Below are positions 1 through 10,806 of a DNA stretch of 64,000 nt, in pieces; positions within the stretch are counted from its first letter, which is position 1; the number at the start of each line of letters is the position of its first letter. The notes below the pieces were generated by a model. That model was not told the DNA's origin. It saw nothing but the letters and a program-made list of their open reading frames with translations, and did no database searches. Location: NCBI GenBank assembly GCA_963756875.1, contig CAVWPA010000003.1:640001-704000 (forward strand). Reading direction: 5' to 3'. Both the position numbers and the translations under genes were made by a program. The stretch is from an uncultured Verrucomicrobiae bacterium. Lineage in GTDB: Bacteria > Verrucomicrobiota > Verrucomicrobiia > Chthoniobacterales > UBA10450.

Positions 1-221
1 GTGCTGACGTGACGATGCTCTGTTCGGTGTTGTTGCGGCGCGGAATCGATCATATTCGAGTGATCGAACGCGAAATGCTGGAGTGGATGGAGGAACACGA
101 ATACGAGTCGGTAGAACAACTCAAAGGCAGCATGAGCCAGAAGAATTGTCCCGACCCGGCCGCATTTGAGCGCGCGCAGTATATGCGGGCGCTTTCCACC
201 TATCCCGTGGCGGACGTGTAG
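1..221 (+). CDS. Dihydroorotate dehydrogenase-like protein, C-terminal fragment (5' end outside window)
   Basis: Open from the window edge; ends ...WMEEHEYESVEQLKGSMSQKNCPDPAAFERAQYMRAL, typical of the DHOD-like family C-terminus. Confidence 0.8.
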   Translation, partial: ADVTMLCSVLLRRGIDHIRVIEREMLEWMEEHEYESVEQLKGSMSQKNCPDPAAFERAQYMRALSTYPVADV

Positions 222-282
222 GGGAAGGCCTCAAAACAGAGGTTACGGATAACTGATAACGGCCTGCGTCTGCGCGGCCCGC

Positions 283-1260
283 CTACCAGCCGAGGACCTT
301 GGCGAAGACGAGCGGGGCGACGATTGTGGCGTCGGATTCGATGATGTATTTCGGGGTATCGACGTTCAGTTTTCCCCAGGTGATTTTTTCGTTAGGCACG
401 GCGCCGGAATACGATCCGAAGCTGGTGGTGGAATCGCTGATCTGGCAGAAATAACCCCACTCGGGAACGAGTGTACGGACCACATCCTGATTGAGCATGG
501 GCACGACGCAGATCGGGAAATCGCCTGCGATTCCGCCGCCGATCTGGAAAAATCCGATGGAGGAACCAGCTGACGCGCGGCGATACCAATCCGCCAATTC
601 GATCATGTATTCGATTCCGGAACGCACGGTATGAATGTCGCCGATCTCCCCTGTAATGCAGCGGGCGGCATAGATATTTCCCAGGGTTGAATCTTCCCAC
701 CCGGGAACGAACAACGGAAGATTCTTATGGGCGGCGGCGATCATCCAACTGTCCGCCGGATCGATTTCATAGAATTTCTTAAGCGGACATTCCCGCAGGA
801 TCTTGAAAAGAAATTCGTGCGGGAAAAAGTGTTCCTTCTTTTTTGAGGCGGCGATCCATTCGTCGATGACTACCTTCTCGATCCGGCGAATTGCTTCTTC
901 CTCCGGGATGCAGGTGTCGGTGACCCGGTTCAAATGACGAGCGAGGAGTTCTTTCTCCTGCTGCGGGCTCAGCTCCCGATAATTTGGAATGCGCTCGTAT
1001 TTGCTGCGCGCGACGAGATTAAAAAGATCTTCTTCCAGGTTCGCGCCGGTGCAGGCGATGGCATGGACTTTGTCCTGCCGGATCATTTCCGCGAGCGACA
1101 CACCCAATTCGGCCGTGCTCATCGCGCCGGCAAGCGTGATCATCATTTTTCCGCCATGATCGAGATGGGCAATGTAGGCATCCGCGGCATCCTTGACCAC
1201 GGCGGCGTTAAAGTGCCGGTAATGGCGGTCAATGAATTGACTGATGCTGCCTGACTTCAT
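283..1260 (-). CDS. Deoxyhypusine synthase family protein
   Basis: 325 aa; TLAGAMSTAELG, TGANLEED, QIGGGIAGDF and GSYSGAVPNEKITWGK motifs. Confidence 0.9.
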   Translation of the reverse strand: MKSGSISQFIDRHYRHFNAAVVKDAADAYIAHLDHGGKMMITLAGAMSTAELGVSLAEMIRQDKVHAIACTGANLEEDLFNLVARSKYERIPNYRELSPQQEKELLARHLNRVTDTCIPEEEAIRRIEKVVIDEWIAASKKKEHFFPHEFLFKILRECPLKKFYEIDPADSWMIAAAHKNLPLFVPGWEDSTLGNIYAARCITGEIGDIHTVRSGIEYMIELADWYRRASAGSSIGFFQIGGGIAGDFPICVVPMLNQDVVRTLVPEWGYFCQISDSTTSFGSYSGAVPNEKITWGKLNVDTPKYIIESDATIVAPLVFAKVLGW

Positions 1261-1341
1261 TGATCCACTTTTCCTATCTGCGTTGCTCGCTGTCGATGCA
1301 AAAATTTTATGAATCGGGAGCCGAAGTCCAGTCGTCGATTT

Positions 1342-2892
1342 TTACGGGAGGGCGGCGAGAATTCGTGCGGTTAATGTTCCCGGCAGGATCCCCAGGAAAA
1401 GAACCAGAAGCACCAGAGCAGACAGCGTGACTCGTTGGAGGAAATCTCCGGACATTGAGCGATCGGGCGGTCGAGCTGTTGATGGTGCCGGCTTGTCCAC
1501 AAAGATCACTTTTAGCACCATCAGGTAATAATAGAGCGAGACGAAGCTGCCAAAGAGGGCGATTGCCACGAGCCAGAGCAGGCCGTGGTTTCCTCCGGCC
1601 CGCAACGCCGCGCTGAACAGGTAGAATTTGCCGAAAAAGCCGGGCAGCGGAGGCATACCGGCGAGCGACAACATGAAAACCGTCATGCACCCCGCAGCCA
1701 GGCCGGATCCCCGTCGCGACGAGAGGCCGGCAAAGTCTTTGAGGTCATCGCCCCCAGTTTCGCGGCGCACGATCGCGACAACGCTGAATGCGCCGATGAG
1801 TGTGACCGCGTAGACGGTTGTGTAAAACAAGGTCGCAGAGAATCCGGTGCGCCCTCCGGCGACCAGGCCAAGCAATGTGTAACCGCCGTGGGCGACCGCG
1901 GAGTAGGCCAGCAGGCGGCGCACATTCGACTGGACGAGAGCGACGAAATTGCCAACGAGGATCGACAATGCCGCCAGCACGGCGAGCACCGGCGACCAGC
2001 CGGCAGCCATTGCATGCCACGCAGCGCTGCCATGAACCGGCCCAAAGCCGACCAGCACGATTTTTCCGAGCACAACGAATGAAGCGACCTTTGAGCCGGA
2101 GGCGATGAATGCCGCGCTTGAGATGGGCGCACCCTGATAAACATCCGGCGCCCAAAGATGAAACGGCGCGGCTGCGATCTTGAATGAGAACCCGACGAGA
2201 GTCATCACGATCCCCACGGCGAGCAGCGGCGGGAGGGAGCTGGTCGTCAACGCCTGTGCGATCGCGGCCAGGCCGACTGTCCCGGACATTCCATAGACAA
2301 AACTGATTCCAAAAAGTGTGAACGCGCTTGCCGTGCTGCCGAACAGAAAATATTTCAGACCCGCCTCTGCGGAACGCAGATCGGTTTTGTCGAACGCGGC
2401 CATCACGTACAGCGAGAGGCCGAGAAGCTCGAGACCGATAAAGATCATTAGCAAATTTTCGCTCCCCACGAGAAGGAGCAGCCCGAGTGTCGCGAGCAAC
2501 AGGATGGCCAGATATTCGCCCTGGTTCCGTAATGGTTTTCCCGATTGCGTCAGCAATACGGTGAAAAAGGCGAGCCCAAGACAGATGACTTTGAACAGCG
2601 AATTCAACGGCGAAATTACAAGCATCCCGCCGAAGAGCGTTGCGTTTTTCGGTAACATGAACACGGCGCCAATGGCGACGATGAGTCCGAGCGCGGCGAC
2701 AAACGAACAAAACGCAGCCGCTTGCTCGCGAACATCATTTGGGGTCCCGTTGGCAGATCCGCCTGGTTTTGCAGGCGACACGCCAGCCTTCGTTCTTCGA
2801 CCGCCCGCCAGCCCAATAGCGAGAACGACGAGTGCCGTCACAACGACGATCGCTTCCGGCGACGCGAGCTTAAGAAGTTCGAGATAGGACAT
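1342..2892 (-). CDS. nuoN: NADH-quinone oxidoreductase subunit N (repeat-derived insert in first loop)
   Basis: EAGLKYFLFGS, FKIAAAPFHLWAPDVYQGAP, RRLLAYSAVAHGGY, SLAGMPPLPGFFGK; ATG at 2892 chosen, TTG at 2913 possible. Confidence 0.93.
   Translation of the reverse strand: MSYLELLKLASPEAIVVVTALVVLAIGLAGGRRTKAGVSPAKPGGSANGTPNDVREQAAAFCSFVAALGLIVAIGAVFMLPKNATLFGGMLVISPLNSLFKVICLGLAFFTVLLTQSGKPLRNQGEYLAILLLATLGLLLLVGSENLLMIFIGLELLGLSLYVMAAFDKTDLRSAEAGLKYFLFGSTASAFTLFGISFVYGMSGTVGLAAIAQALTTSSLPPLLAVGIVMTLVGFSFKIAAAPFHLWAPDVYQGAPISSAAFIASGSKVASFVVLGKIVLVGFGPVHGSAAWHAMAAGWSPVLAVLAALSILVGNFVALVQSNVRRLLAYSAVAHGGYTLLGLVAGGRTGFSATLFYTTVYAVTLIGAFSVVAIVRRETGGDDLKDFAGLSSRRGSGLAAGCMTVFMLSLAGMPPLPGFFGKFYLFSAALRAGGNHGLLWLVAIALFGSFVSLYYYLMVLKVIFVDKPAPSTARPPDRSMSGDFLQRVTLSALVLLVLFLGILPGTLTARILAALP
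2767..2789. repeat. Half copy of palindromic family B inside nuoN
   Basis: TTTTGCAGGCGACACGCCAGCCT matches the arms at 29870-29897 and 62343-62368; encodes KAGVSPAK. Confidence 0.65.
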
Positions 2893-2909
2893 TGTTACAG
2901 CGTTAGATC

Positions 2910-4376
2910 TCAAGGTTTCAGAAAGCGCATCGCCTCAACCGCGGGTTGAATACGATCGAGTAGAAGTCTCGGGTAAAGCCCGATGGCGAGTGTTGCGAAC
3001 ATGAGCAGGCAGGCGCCGCACTTTTCCGCAATTGTGATCGGCGGGAGATTGTGGGGCGGGGGAGATTCAGCTGTTGATGTCGCGCTGCTTTCACCGAAAA
3101 ACGATTGTTTGAGCGCGCGCAGGGTAAACGCCGCCACCAGAACCATGCCGGCGCCCGTAATCCACACTGCGACGGGATAGGTTTTCCACACACCGAGCAG
3201 GATGGTGATTTCGGCCGCGAACCCGCTGAATCCCGGAATGCCGATCGATGCGGCGCATGCGATGACAAATGTGAACGCCGCAAACGGCAGCGCGCGCCCC
3301 AGATTCATACCCGAAAGATCGCTGAGCTCGCGCGTGTGGGTGCGGCGATAGATCATGCGCCCGGCAACGGCGAAGAGCAGGGCGGCAATCACGCCATGCG
3401 AAAACATTTGCAGCACCGCGCCCGACACACCGAGCACGTTGGCCGTTGCCAGTCCGAGTAGGACGAAACCCATGTGGCTGACGCTTGAATAACCAATGAC
3501 GAATTTCAGATCGCGTTGGCGCAACGCGACGGCCGCAGCATACAGAATTCCAATGACGGCGAGGACGGCGATCCATTTGCTCCACATGTGAAAGCCTTGC
3601 GGAAACAGATTCATGGCAACGCGCAGGCCGGCGTAGGCACCGAGTTTCATCACAATGCCTGCGAGCAGCATCGAACCTGCGGTCGGCGCGGCGACGTGAC
3701 CGGTTGGCGCCCAGGTGTGCAGCGGCCAGACGCCGGCGAGAACGGCGAACCCAAGAAACAAGAGTGGGAACGCCCAGGCCTGCAGTTGCGGCCCGAATTG
3801 AATTTGGGTGAGCTGATTCAGGTCAAGCGAGCCGGCCGTCACATACGTCACGAGAATTCCGAAGAAAACCAGCGCGCCGCCGAAAAAAGAATAAAGCGTC
3901 AGTTTCATCGCGCCGTACTCCTTGTTGGTGGATCCCCAGATGGCGATGAGGAAATACTTGGGAACGATTACCAATTCGTAGAACGCGAACAGGAGGAAGA
4001 GATCGGCGCTGAGAAATACGCCGTATGAGCCGCCGACTACCAGGAGCAGCCAAAAGAAAAATTGATTTTGGCGATCTTCGACGTCCCAGGAAAAGAGCAC
4101 CGAGCTGACCGCGGCGATGCCGGTGACAAGGACCATCGTGAGGCTGACGCCATCGAACGCCAGATGAAAATTCGCCCCGAGCGCCGGCACCCATGGCACG
4201 CTTACGATCGTGGTGAAATGCGCAAGATCGGCGATCGGTATTCGAAACAGCGCGATGAGTCCGAGGACAAAGCCGGCGATCGTCGTGGCCAGCGCGATCC
4301 AGCGTGAAAGAACGCGCGGCATGAACAGCAGCAGGATCGCCCCGCCAAACGTAATGTAAATCGTCCAGGCGATCAT
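2910..4376 (-). CDS. nuoM: NADH-quinone oxidoreductase subunit M (second copy)
   Basis: 488 aa; [51 protein letters not shown]. Confidence 0.9.
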   Translation of the reverse strand: MIAWTIYITFGGAILLLFMPRVLSRWIALATTIAGFVLGLIALFRIPIADLAHFTTIVSVPWVPALGANFHLAFDGVSLTMVLVTGIAAVSSVLFSWDVEDRQNQFFFWLLLVVGGSYGVFLSADLFLLFAFYELVIVPKYFLIAIWGSTNKEYGAMKLTLYSFFGGALVFFGILVTYVTAGSLDLNQLTQIQFGPQLQAWAFPLLFLGFAVLAGVWPLHTWAPTGHVAAPTAGSMLLAGIVMKLGAYAGLRVAMNLFPQGFHMWSKWIAVLAVIGILYAAAVALRQRDLKFVIGYSSVSHMGFVLLGLATANVLGVSGAVLQMFSHGVIAALLFAVAGRMIYRRTHTRELSDLSGMNLGRALPFAAFTFVIACAASIGIPGFSGFAAEITILLGVWKTYPVAVWITGAGMVLVAAFTLRALKQSFFGESSATSTAESPPPHNLPPITIAEKCGACLLMFATLAIGLYPRLLLDRIQPAVEAMRFLKP

Positions 4377-4927
4377 TGATGATTCCGTGTGCTGTAACGC
4401 GCGGATCTTTCACGAGCGTGAAACCCTATCTCGCGTCGCGGCTTCTCCGGCGGCAACATCAATTGCCGGATCGCTTCGATGATCGCGCCAATCTCTTGGT
4501 CGTGTTTGCCGACACGCCTTCGCAGTTCCTCAAATTTTTGCGCTAGTTCCCGGTTGGTCTCGAGCATTCCGCGCAACTTTACGAAGGCGCGCATGATGGC
4601 GATGTTTACCTTTATTGCGCGCTTACTGTTAAGAACGCTGGATAACATCGCTACGCCCTGTTCCGTAAATGCATAGGGAAAATGCCGACGACCACCGCGC
4701 TTTTTTGATATTCCAGATTGGAATCTCAAAGCTTTCGCCTCGTCGACAGTAAGTTGAAACATGAAATCCGAGGGAAATCGCTCAGCATTGCGCCTGGCCG
4801 CCTTATTCAGATTCCCTGTCGTTACGCCATAAAGCTCGGCAAGATCGGAATCGAGCAGGACTTTCTGGCCGCGTATCCATCGTATCGCCTGCATTACACT
4901 ACTGGCAGGGACAATTTCTTGTTTCAT
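4373..4927 (-). CDS. ORF6N domain DNA-binding protein
   Basis: [58 protein letters not shown]-terminal REIGF. Confidence 0.9.
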   Translation of the reverse strand: MKQEIVPASSVMQAIRWIRGQKVLLDSDLAELYGVTTGNLNKAARRNAERFPSDFMFQLTVDEAKALRFQSGISKKRGGRRHFPYAFTEQGVAMLSSVLNSKRAIKVNIAIMRAFVKLRGMLETNRELAQKFEELRRRVGKHDQEIGAIIEAIRQLMLPPEKPRREIGFHARERSARYSTRNHQ

Positions 4928-4940
4928 GGGAATGCAACTG

Positions 4941-6416
4941 TCACGTAAACAGATGCGCCATTTGCGCGACGGTTGTGTTAAAGATGTTCAAGATGAATTG
5001 CGGGGCGATGCCGATGGCAAACATGAGCAGCGTCACCGGTACGACGACGAATTTCTCGCTTCGGCGAATTTCCGGAAACGCGCTGCAACTTTGCGTGAGA
5101 GGACCGCTGAAGAGCGCCTGCATTGCACGCATGAATGTGATCGCGGTAAATAACAGGCCGAGCACGGCAATCGCTGTAAAGGAGGCGGCGATAGAAAAGG
5201 ATCCCTTAAAGATGAGAAATTCGCCGATGAATCCGTTCAGGCCCGGCAGACCGAGCGATGAGAACATGGCGACACTCATCCAGCCGCAGAGCAACGGCGT
5301 GCGTTGCATTAGTCCGCCAAAATTGTCAATACCGCGCAGGCCGCGCCGTTGTTCGAGCAGACCGACGTAGTAGAACAACGCTGCCGCGGTGATGCCGTGA
5401 TTGAAAATTTGCATGAACACGCCGCTCAATGCCGCCTGAGTGTCGATCCCGGCGGCGACAACGGGCGTTGCGCCGACTGCGAAGAGACCGAGCATGCAAT
5501 AGCCGAGATGGTTCACTGACAGGTAGGCGACCATCCGTTTCAGATCGGATTGGGCCCACGCGGCCAGTGAGGAAAACACAATCGAGCACACGGCAAGACC
5601 AAGCAGCCACGGGCCCGCAATTTTGAGTTCGTTAGGGAAAAGTGGAAGTAACAGGCGCGCGAAACCGTAGACGCCCATCTTTGAAAGAACGCCCGTCAAT
5701 ACCATGGAGACGCCGGTGGGCGCCGTTTCGTACGCGTCCGGCAACCAGGTATGAAATGGAAACAGCGGCACCTTGACCGCCAGCCCAAGGAAGATTCCCG
5801 CAAAGGCGAACCAGACGAGTTTGCCGGGGATCAGGCCATGTTTTCCAAGACCAGCGAGCGTGGCGAAATCGAACGTGCCTCGGGCGAAATAGATTCCCAG
5901 GAACGCGAGCAGCATGGCGACGCTGCCGAGAAAAGTGTAAACAAAAAACTTTGTGGCGGCGCGATCCCGGTTTTCGCCGCCCCAGATTTTGATGAGCAAA
6001 AACGCAGGGATCAGGCTCATCTCGTAAAACAAAAACCAAAGAATGAAATTCTGTGCGGTGAACGTTCCGTAGAGCGCCGACTGCGTGATCAGCATCAGCG
6101 CGCAGAAACCGCGATTCGATCGTTGCGCGAAGAACGCGAACGGAATGACCAGCGACGTCAGCAAAACGAGCAACAGGCTCAAGCCGTCGACTCCGACGAG
6201 ATATTCGGCGCCGATCGCAGGAATCCATGCGTGGCGTTCGACGGCCTGAAGACCGGTCGCGTGCAGGTCGAATTTTTGCCAGAGCATTAAGGCGTAGAAC
6301 GCCGACAGCGCGTTGAAAAGAAGAGCGACGGTGCGCGCGTTCTTCGGCCGCCCCACGTAGAGCGCCAATACGCCGACGAGCGGAATAATGATCAGCGCTG
6401 TGATCAAGCCAACCAT
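4941..6416 (-). CDS. nuoM: NADH-quinone oxidoreductase subunit M (first copy)
   Basis: 491 aa; [49 protein letters not shown]. Confidence 0.92.
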   Translation of the reverse strand: MVGLITALIIIPLVGVLALYVGRPKNARTVALLFNALSAFYALMLWQKFDLHATGLQAVERHAWIPAIGAEYLVGVDGLSLLLVLLTSLVIPFAFFAQRSNRGFCALMLITQSALYGTFTAQNFILWFLFYEMSLIPAFLLIKIWGGENRDRAATKFFVYTFLGSVAMLLAFLGIYFARGTFDFATLAGLGKHGLIPGKLVWFAFAGIFLGLAVKVPLFPFHTWLPDAYETAPTGVSMVLTGVLSKMGVYGFARLLLPLFPNELKIAGPWLLGLAVCSIVFSSLAAWAQSDLKRMVAYLSVNHLGYCMLGLFAVGATPVVAAGIDTQAALSGVFMQIFNHGITAAALFYYVGLLEQRRGLRGIDNFGGLMQRTPLLCGWMSVAMFSSLGLPGLNGFIGEFLIFKGSFSIAASFTAIAVLGLLFTAITFMRAMQALFSGPLTQSCSAFPEIRRSEKFVVVPVTLLMFAIGIAPQFILNIFNTTVAQMAHLFT

Positions 6417-8377
6417 GCGTAAAGAAGCAATAGCGCGAGCATGCCAACCGCGATGACAGCGAGATAAATCTGGATTTGCCCGGAATGCAGCGCCGAGACG
6501 ACACGCCCCAGACCGCGGGCGCCGACGGTGGTCTCATCCACTCCGGCGTTGATGCCGCGCTCGTCAAAGTTCGCGGTGAAAATTCCAAGAAGCTGTCCCA
6601 GCCCGCCGACTGCGCGGACCAGGCCGTCCCAGACGTAGCGATCCATCCAGTCGGCCAATCGAGAAAGCATTCTGCAGAACGCGATGATGGTTCCGGCGTA
6701 GAGTTCGTCGAGCCACATTCTGTTTTCGAGAAAGCGAAACAGGCCGGGTTGTGCCCGGGCAAGGGGGTCGATCTCGCCGGCGTTTCGGTAGATGAAAACG
6801 CCGATGCAAATGCTTCCGACGACGAGCACCAGGGAAACGAGGATCATCGGTTGGAATACGCGCGCGAAGTCGAAGTGCGGCGTTTCTCCGATCAGATAAT
6901 CGTGCAGCCACGGCCACGCCGGCGTGAGCACAAAGCTGAGGAGAACGGTGCAAACCGCCAGCACGATCAACGGTCTGGTCATGACCGGCGGACTTTCATG
7001 CGCATGCTCGGAAGCGGACCGCCTGTTTCCGAAGAAGACGTACATCACCTGTCGCGTCATATAGAGCGCGGTGAGAATGACGCCTACGATCATGAGATAG
7101 TGCGGCACAGAGGAACTCGGCCAACGCGCGGTGAAATGCAGGATTTCTTCCTTCGTCCAACCTCCTGAAAAAAAGAGCGGCATACCACTAAGGCTCAGCA
7201 TACCGACGGCGTATGTAAGAAAGGTGACCGGCATGAGCTTCCGCAGGCCGCCCATCTTGCGAATGTCCTGTTCGTGATGGCAGCCCTGGATGACCGATCC
7301 GGCTCCAAGGAAGAGCAGGGCTTTGAAAAAGCCGTGCGCAAGCAGATGCATGATTCCGGCCGCAACGCCGCCCACGCCTAACGAGACCATCATCAATCCC
7401 AATTGCGAAATCGTTGAGTAAGCCAGAATGCGTTTGATGTCCGGTTGCGCGAGCGCAATCAGGGCCGACATCAGCGCGGTGATTACGCCGATCCATACAA
7501 CCACCGTGAGCGATGGCGTGACGCCGTTTATTGCGCCCAGGGAAAAAAGCGGATAGACGCGCGCGACCAAAAACACACCTGCCGCAACCATGGTCGCCGC
7601 GTGGATCAACGCGCTGACCGGCGTGGGACCTTCCATTGCGTCCGGTAGCCACACGTGAAGCGGAAATTGGCCGGACTTCCCAGCCGCGCCGCAGAAAATC
7701 AGGAGCGCGATGAACGTGGCGCCGGCGCCAAGCGCCGTCAGGGCCGTATTTTCGAGACAGCCGTTTCCGGAATCGTAGAAAAGCAGTGTGCCGCTCCGAC
7801 TGTAGAGCCAAAGCATGCCGAGAAAAAATCCGAGATCGCCGATGCGTGTGGTGATGAACGCTTTCTTTGCCGCAGCCGCAGCGCTCGGCCGGTCGATCCA
7901 AAATCCGATGAGCAGATAGGAAGCGAGTCCGACCAGTTCCCAGCAGACAAAAAGAAACAGCAGGCTGTTTGCAATGACCACGCCAAGCATCGCAGCGGAA
8001 AAGAACGAAAGGTACGCAAAGAAACGGGTGAAGTTTTTGTCCTCCGCCATGTAGCCGATGCTGAAAACGAAAATGCAAAGGCCGACCAGCGTGATCATGA
8101 CCAGCATTGCGGCAGCGAGCGGATCGAGCACCCAGCCAATCCGCAACGCGTGTTCGCCAAACGTGAACCAGGTAAAATTCCGCACCGCACGGAAGCCAGG
8201 CGTTTGCATCGCGGTCACAAACGCGAAGATCGACAATGCCAGCGCAATAAGCTGTCCGATGATTGCGAAGGCTGCGGCGCTGCGTCGTTGCGAATTAGGG
8301 AAGCTCAGAATCAGGAACGCGATAGCCAGCGGCACGGCCGGAATCAGGCCCAGATTGATTACGATCCAACTGTTCAT
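6404..8377 (-). CDS. nuoL: NADH-quinone oxidoreductase subunit L with extended lateral helix
   Basis: WELVGLASYLLIGFW, GKSGQFPLHVWLPDAMEGPTPVSALIHAATMV, HGFFKALLFLGAGSV; ATG at 8377. Confidence 0.95.
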   Translation of the reverse strand: MNSWIVINLGLIPAVPLAIAFLILSFPNSQRRSAAAFAIIGQLIALALSIFAFVTAMQTPGFRAVRNFTWFTFGEHALRIGWVLDPLAAAMLVMITLVGLCIFVFSIGYMAEDKNFTRFFAYLSFFSAAMLGVVIANSLLFLFVCWELVGLASYLLIGFWIDRPSAAAAAKKAFITTRIGDLGFFLGMLWLYSRSGTLLFYDSGNGCLENTALTALGAGATFIALLIFCGAAGKSGQFPLHVWLPDAMEGPTPVSALIHAATMVAAGVFLVARVYPLFSLGAINGVTPSLTVVVWIGVITALMSALIALAQPDIKRILAYSTISQLGLMMVSLGVGGVAAGIMHLLAHGFFKALLFLGAGSVIQGCHHEQDIRKMGGLRKLMPVTFLTYAVGMLSLSGMPLFFSGGWTKEEILHFTARWPSSSVPHYLMIVGVILTALYMTRQVMYVFFGNRRSASEHAHESPPVMTRPLIVLAVCTVLLSFVLTPAWPWLHDYLIGETPHFDFARVFQPMILVSLVLVVGSICIGVFIYRNAGEIDPLARAQPGLFRFLENRMWLDELYAGTIIAFCRMLSRLADWMDRYVWDGLVRAVGGLGQLLGIFTANFDERGINAGVDETTVGARGLGRVVSALHSGQIQIYLAVIAVGMLALLLLYAWLA

Positions 8378-8528
8378 GCTTTTGCAGACAGAAAACGTCC
8401 AACGCGCCTGCGCCGAGCTGTAGCCCCCCAGGCTTTTAACTCCCAAAGCTTTCGCGAGCGGGCTGCCCAGCACTTTATGTCCAAATCAAGGAAGACTCTG
8501 GCTCGTGATCGGTGGCCTTGAATCATAA

Positions 8529-8843
8529 TCATCCTTTGAGCTGGTCGAACTGCTCGACGTTGGTGGTTCGATAATGGCGATAAACAGCAATGACCAACGC
8601 GAGTCCAACGGCGACTTCGGCGGCGGAGATGGCGATGGAAAAGATGGCAATCATGACGCCGACGGGTGGTTGCGGTTGCGAGCCGAAGCGCCAGAAGGCG
8701 ATGAAATTGAGGTTGGCCGCGGCGAGCATCAGCTCGATGCCGATGAGAATGAAGATCGCGCTGCGCCGGCTAAGTGCGGCGAGCAAGCCGGTGCAAAACA
8801 GTGCCGCGGAAACGATGAGAAACATCTGAAGGGTGGGTGTCAT
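8529..8843 (-). CDS. nuoK: NADH-quinone oxidoreductase subunit K
   Basis: 104 aa from ATG 8843; IELMLAAANLNF, AAEVAVGLALVI. Confidence 0.92.
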   Translation of the reverse strand: MTPTLQMFLIVSAALFCTGLLAALSRRSAIFILIGIELMLAAANLNFIAFWRFGSQPQPPVGVMIAIFSIAISAAEVAVGLALVIAVYRHYRTTNVEQFDQLKG

Positions 8844-8863
8844 CGCGCGGGGCCCGTCTGGAT

Positions 8864-9009
8864 TGGGGAGCGCACGCGCCTCGCGTGCTCTTTCCGACGC
8901 CTCGCCGGAAAGCTTGGCCCGAACGCCGAAAACGAGATTGATCCGTCCCCGACAAAGTTCGCGATCGCGAGGGCGCGATCGCCGGCACGCGAGGCGCGTG
9001 CGCTCCCCA
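8864..9009. repeat. Palindromic MITE/REP-like element, family A, between nuoJ and nuoK
   Basis: Perfect 25-bp terminal inverted repeat TGGGGAGCGCACGCGCCTCGCGTGC; related copies at 32235, 61839, 63162. Confidence 0.92.
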
Positions 9010-9033
9010 GACGAAGAATTGCGCTTCGCAGCG

Positions 9034-9516
9034 TCATTGCCTGTCCTCCATGACCAGGACCAACGCTCCAATTAACGCCGCGGTGAGCAGCACACCGACG
9101 CATTGAAGCGGCCAGACGTAATTTGTCATCAACGCTTCTCCGATTCGTTTCACCGTGAGCGGCGGGATTGGCGACGCGAGGATAATAGACGACTGCGTTT
9201 TGAGGATGGCCCAAAGCAAGCCGCCGAACACCACGACGGCGACTACGCCGCCGCCCCAGTTGAATCCATGATCCTTTTCCGCGTCGTGACGGGTCAGCAA
9301 AATCGTGAAGACGATCAACACGGCGACGGCGCCGACATAAATAAAGACCTGGACCAATCCGACGAACTCCGCGCCAAGCAAAAAGAAAAATGCCGCCAGT
9401 CCGACAAACACGATGACGAGGCTTAGAGCCGCGTGCATGAGTTTTCGCAGGACGGCTGCGGCCAGCGCCCCGGCAAGGGTGATGCTGGCGATGAAGATGA
9501 AAGCGATGCCGTTCAT
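9034..9516 (-). CDS. nuoJ: NADH-quinone oxidoreductase subunit J
   Basis: 160 aa; LGAEFVGLVQVFIYVGAVAVL; ATG overlaps nuoH stop. Confidence 0.9.
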   Translation of the reverse strand: MNGIAFIFIASITLAGALAAAVLRKLMHAALSLVIVFVGLAAFFFLLGAEFVGLVQVFIYVGAVAVLIVFTILLTRHDAEKDHGFNWGGGVVAVVVFGGLLWAILKTQSSIILASPIPPLTVKRIGEALMTNYVWPLQCVGVLLTAALIGALVLVMEDRQ

Positions 9517-10700
9517 TCGGCGAAGCGATAGGTGCGCGGCGCAAATTTTTTTCGCGTATCGAGAAGCAGCGACAAGGCGACATAAACAATAACGATCACG
9601 GCGAGCGACCAAAGCCATCCTGCAAGCCCGCGTCCCTGATAATACCAGACGGCGGCTGCGATGACGCAAGTGAACGCCATCGGCAGCATGAATTTCCAGG
9701 CGAAATTCATCATTTGATCAACGCGCATGCGGGGCAACGTTCCGCGAAGCCAGATATAAACGAACAAAAGCACGCTGAGCTTCGCGAAGAACCAGACGTA
9801 GGAAGGAATAAACTCGAGCACGCGAATCGGCGCGTGCCAGCCGCCAAGAAACAGCGTCACGCCAAGGCCGCTGACAGCGAACATTCCCAGGTATTCCGCC
9901 ATGAAGAATGTGGCGTACTTGAATCCTGAATATTCGGTCATATGGCCCGCGACGATTTCCGATTCACCCTCCGGCACATCGAACGGAGTCCGGTTCGATT
10001 CGACCAGACCGGAAACGAAAAACAGAATGAAACCGGCTGCACCCCAGGGAGTCAAAACGAACCAATGTGGCAGAAATCCAAACTTGTAGCCATTTTGCGC
10101 CGCCACAATTGCGTTGGGGGTGAGCGAGCCGACCACCATGACGACAGGCAGCACTGTGATGATGAGCGGTAACTCGTAGCTGATCATCTGGGCGATCGCG
10201 CGCATCGCGCCCAGCATCGAAAACTTGTTGTTACTTCCCCATCCGGCCATGAAGACAGTGAGTTCCGTTGCCGATCCGACAGCGAAGAAAAAAAGGATGC
10301 CTCCGTCAATTGTGAACGGGGTCATGTTTCGTCCATACGGAATGATGCCGAGCGTAAGAATTGCCGTGGCAGCAATTAAAACCGGTGCGAGAAAGTGCAC
10401 AATCTTGTCGGCGCGCGCCGGCACGACGTCTTCCTTGATCAGCATCTTGATGCCGTCGGCGATCGGCTGGAAAAGCCCGAACGGTCCGACGCGATTCGGG
10501 CCGTAGCGGTTTTGTATGCGTCCGAGAATTTTGCGCTCCATGACGGACATGAGTGCAAAGAGAGTAAGGAAAACGCCGAGCACCGTTCCAATGTTGATCA
10601 GGCTCGAGGCGATCTGGAGTACCCAATCGGGCGCGCCCGCCAGCCAGGAAAGCAACCACTCCTTCAGGTAAACGAAGATTTGATCAACAGAAGGGCGCAT
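9513..10700 (-). CDS. nuoH: NADH-quinone oxidoreductase subunit H
   Basis: ERKILGRIQNRYGPNRVGPFG, QPIADGIK, ESNRTPFDVPEGESEIVAG. Confidence 0.95.
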   Translation of the reverse strand: MRPSVDQIFVYLKEWLLSWLAGAPDWVLQIASSLINIGTVLGVFLTLFALMSVMERKILGRIQNRYGPNRVGPFGLFQPIADGIKMLIKEDVVPARADKIVHFLAPVLIAATAILTLGIIPYGRNMTPFTIDGGILFFFAVGSATELTVFMAGWGSNNKFSMLGAMRAIAQMISYELPLIITVLPVVMVVGSLTPNAIVAAQNGYKFGFLPHWFVLTPWGAAGFILFFVSGLVESNRTPFDVPEGESEIVAGHMTEYSGFKYATFFMAEYLGMFAVSGLGVTLFLGGWHAPIRVLEFIPSYVWFFAKLSVLLFVYIWLRGTLPRMRVDQMMNFAWKFMLPMAFTCVIAAAVWYYQGRGLAGWLWSLAVIVIVYVALSLLLDTRKKFAPRTYRFAE

Positions 10701-10756
10701 GAAGCCAAACTAAAAATTCAGGTCGAAATACGTTAAAGCATTGCCGAAGAGCTTTT

Positions 10757-10806
10757 TTGTCATGTCGGGCGAAATCGAGATTCCTCGACTCCGTTCGGAA
10801 TGACAA
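10757..10806. repeat. Palindromic element, family F (TGTCAT...ATGACA)
   Basis: TTGTCATGTCGGGCGAAATCGAG...CTCGACTCCGTTCGGAATGACAA; arms recur at 29915-29943 and 59175-59191. Confidence 0.8.

Noticed and set aside
5454..5477. GGCGACAACGGGCGTTGCGCCGAC in nuoM as a decayed REP arm
   Set aside because: Weak palindrome with no matching copy in the window; cannot be supported.
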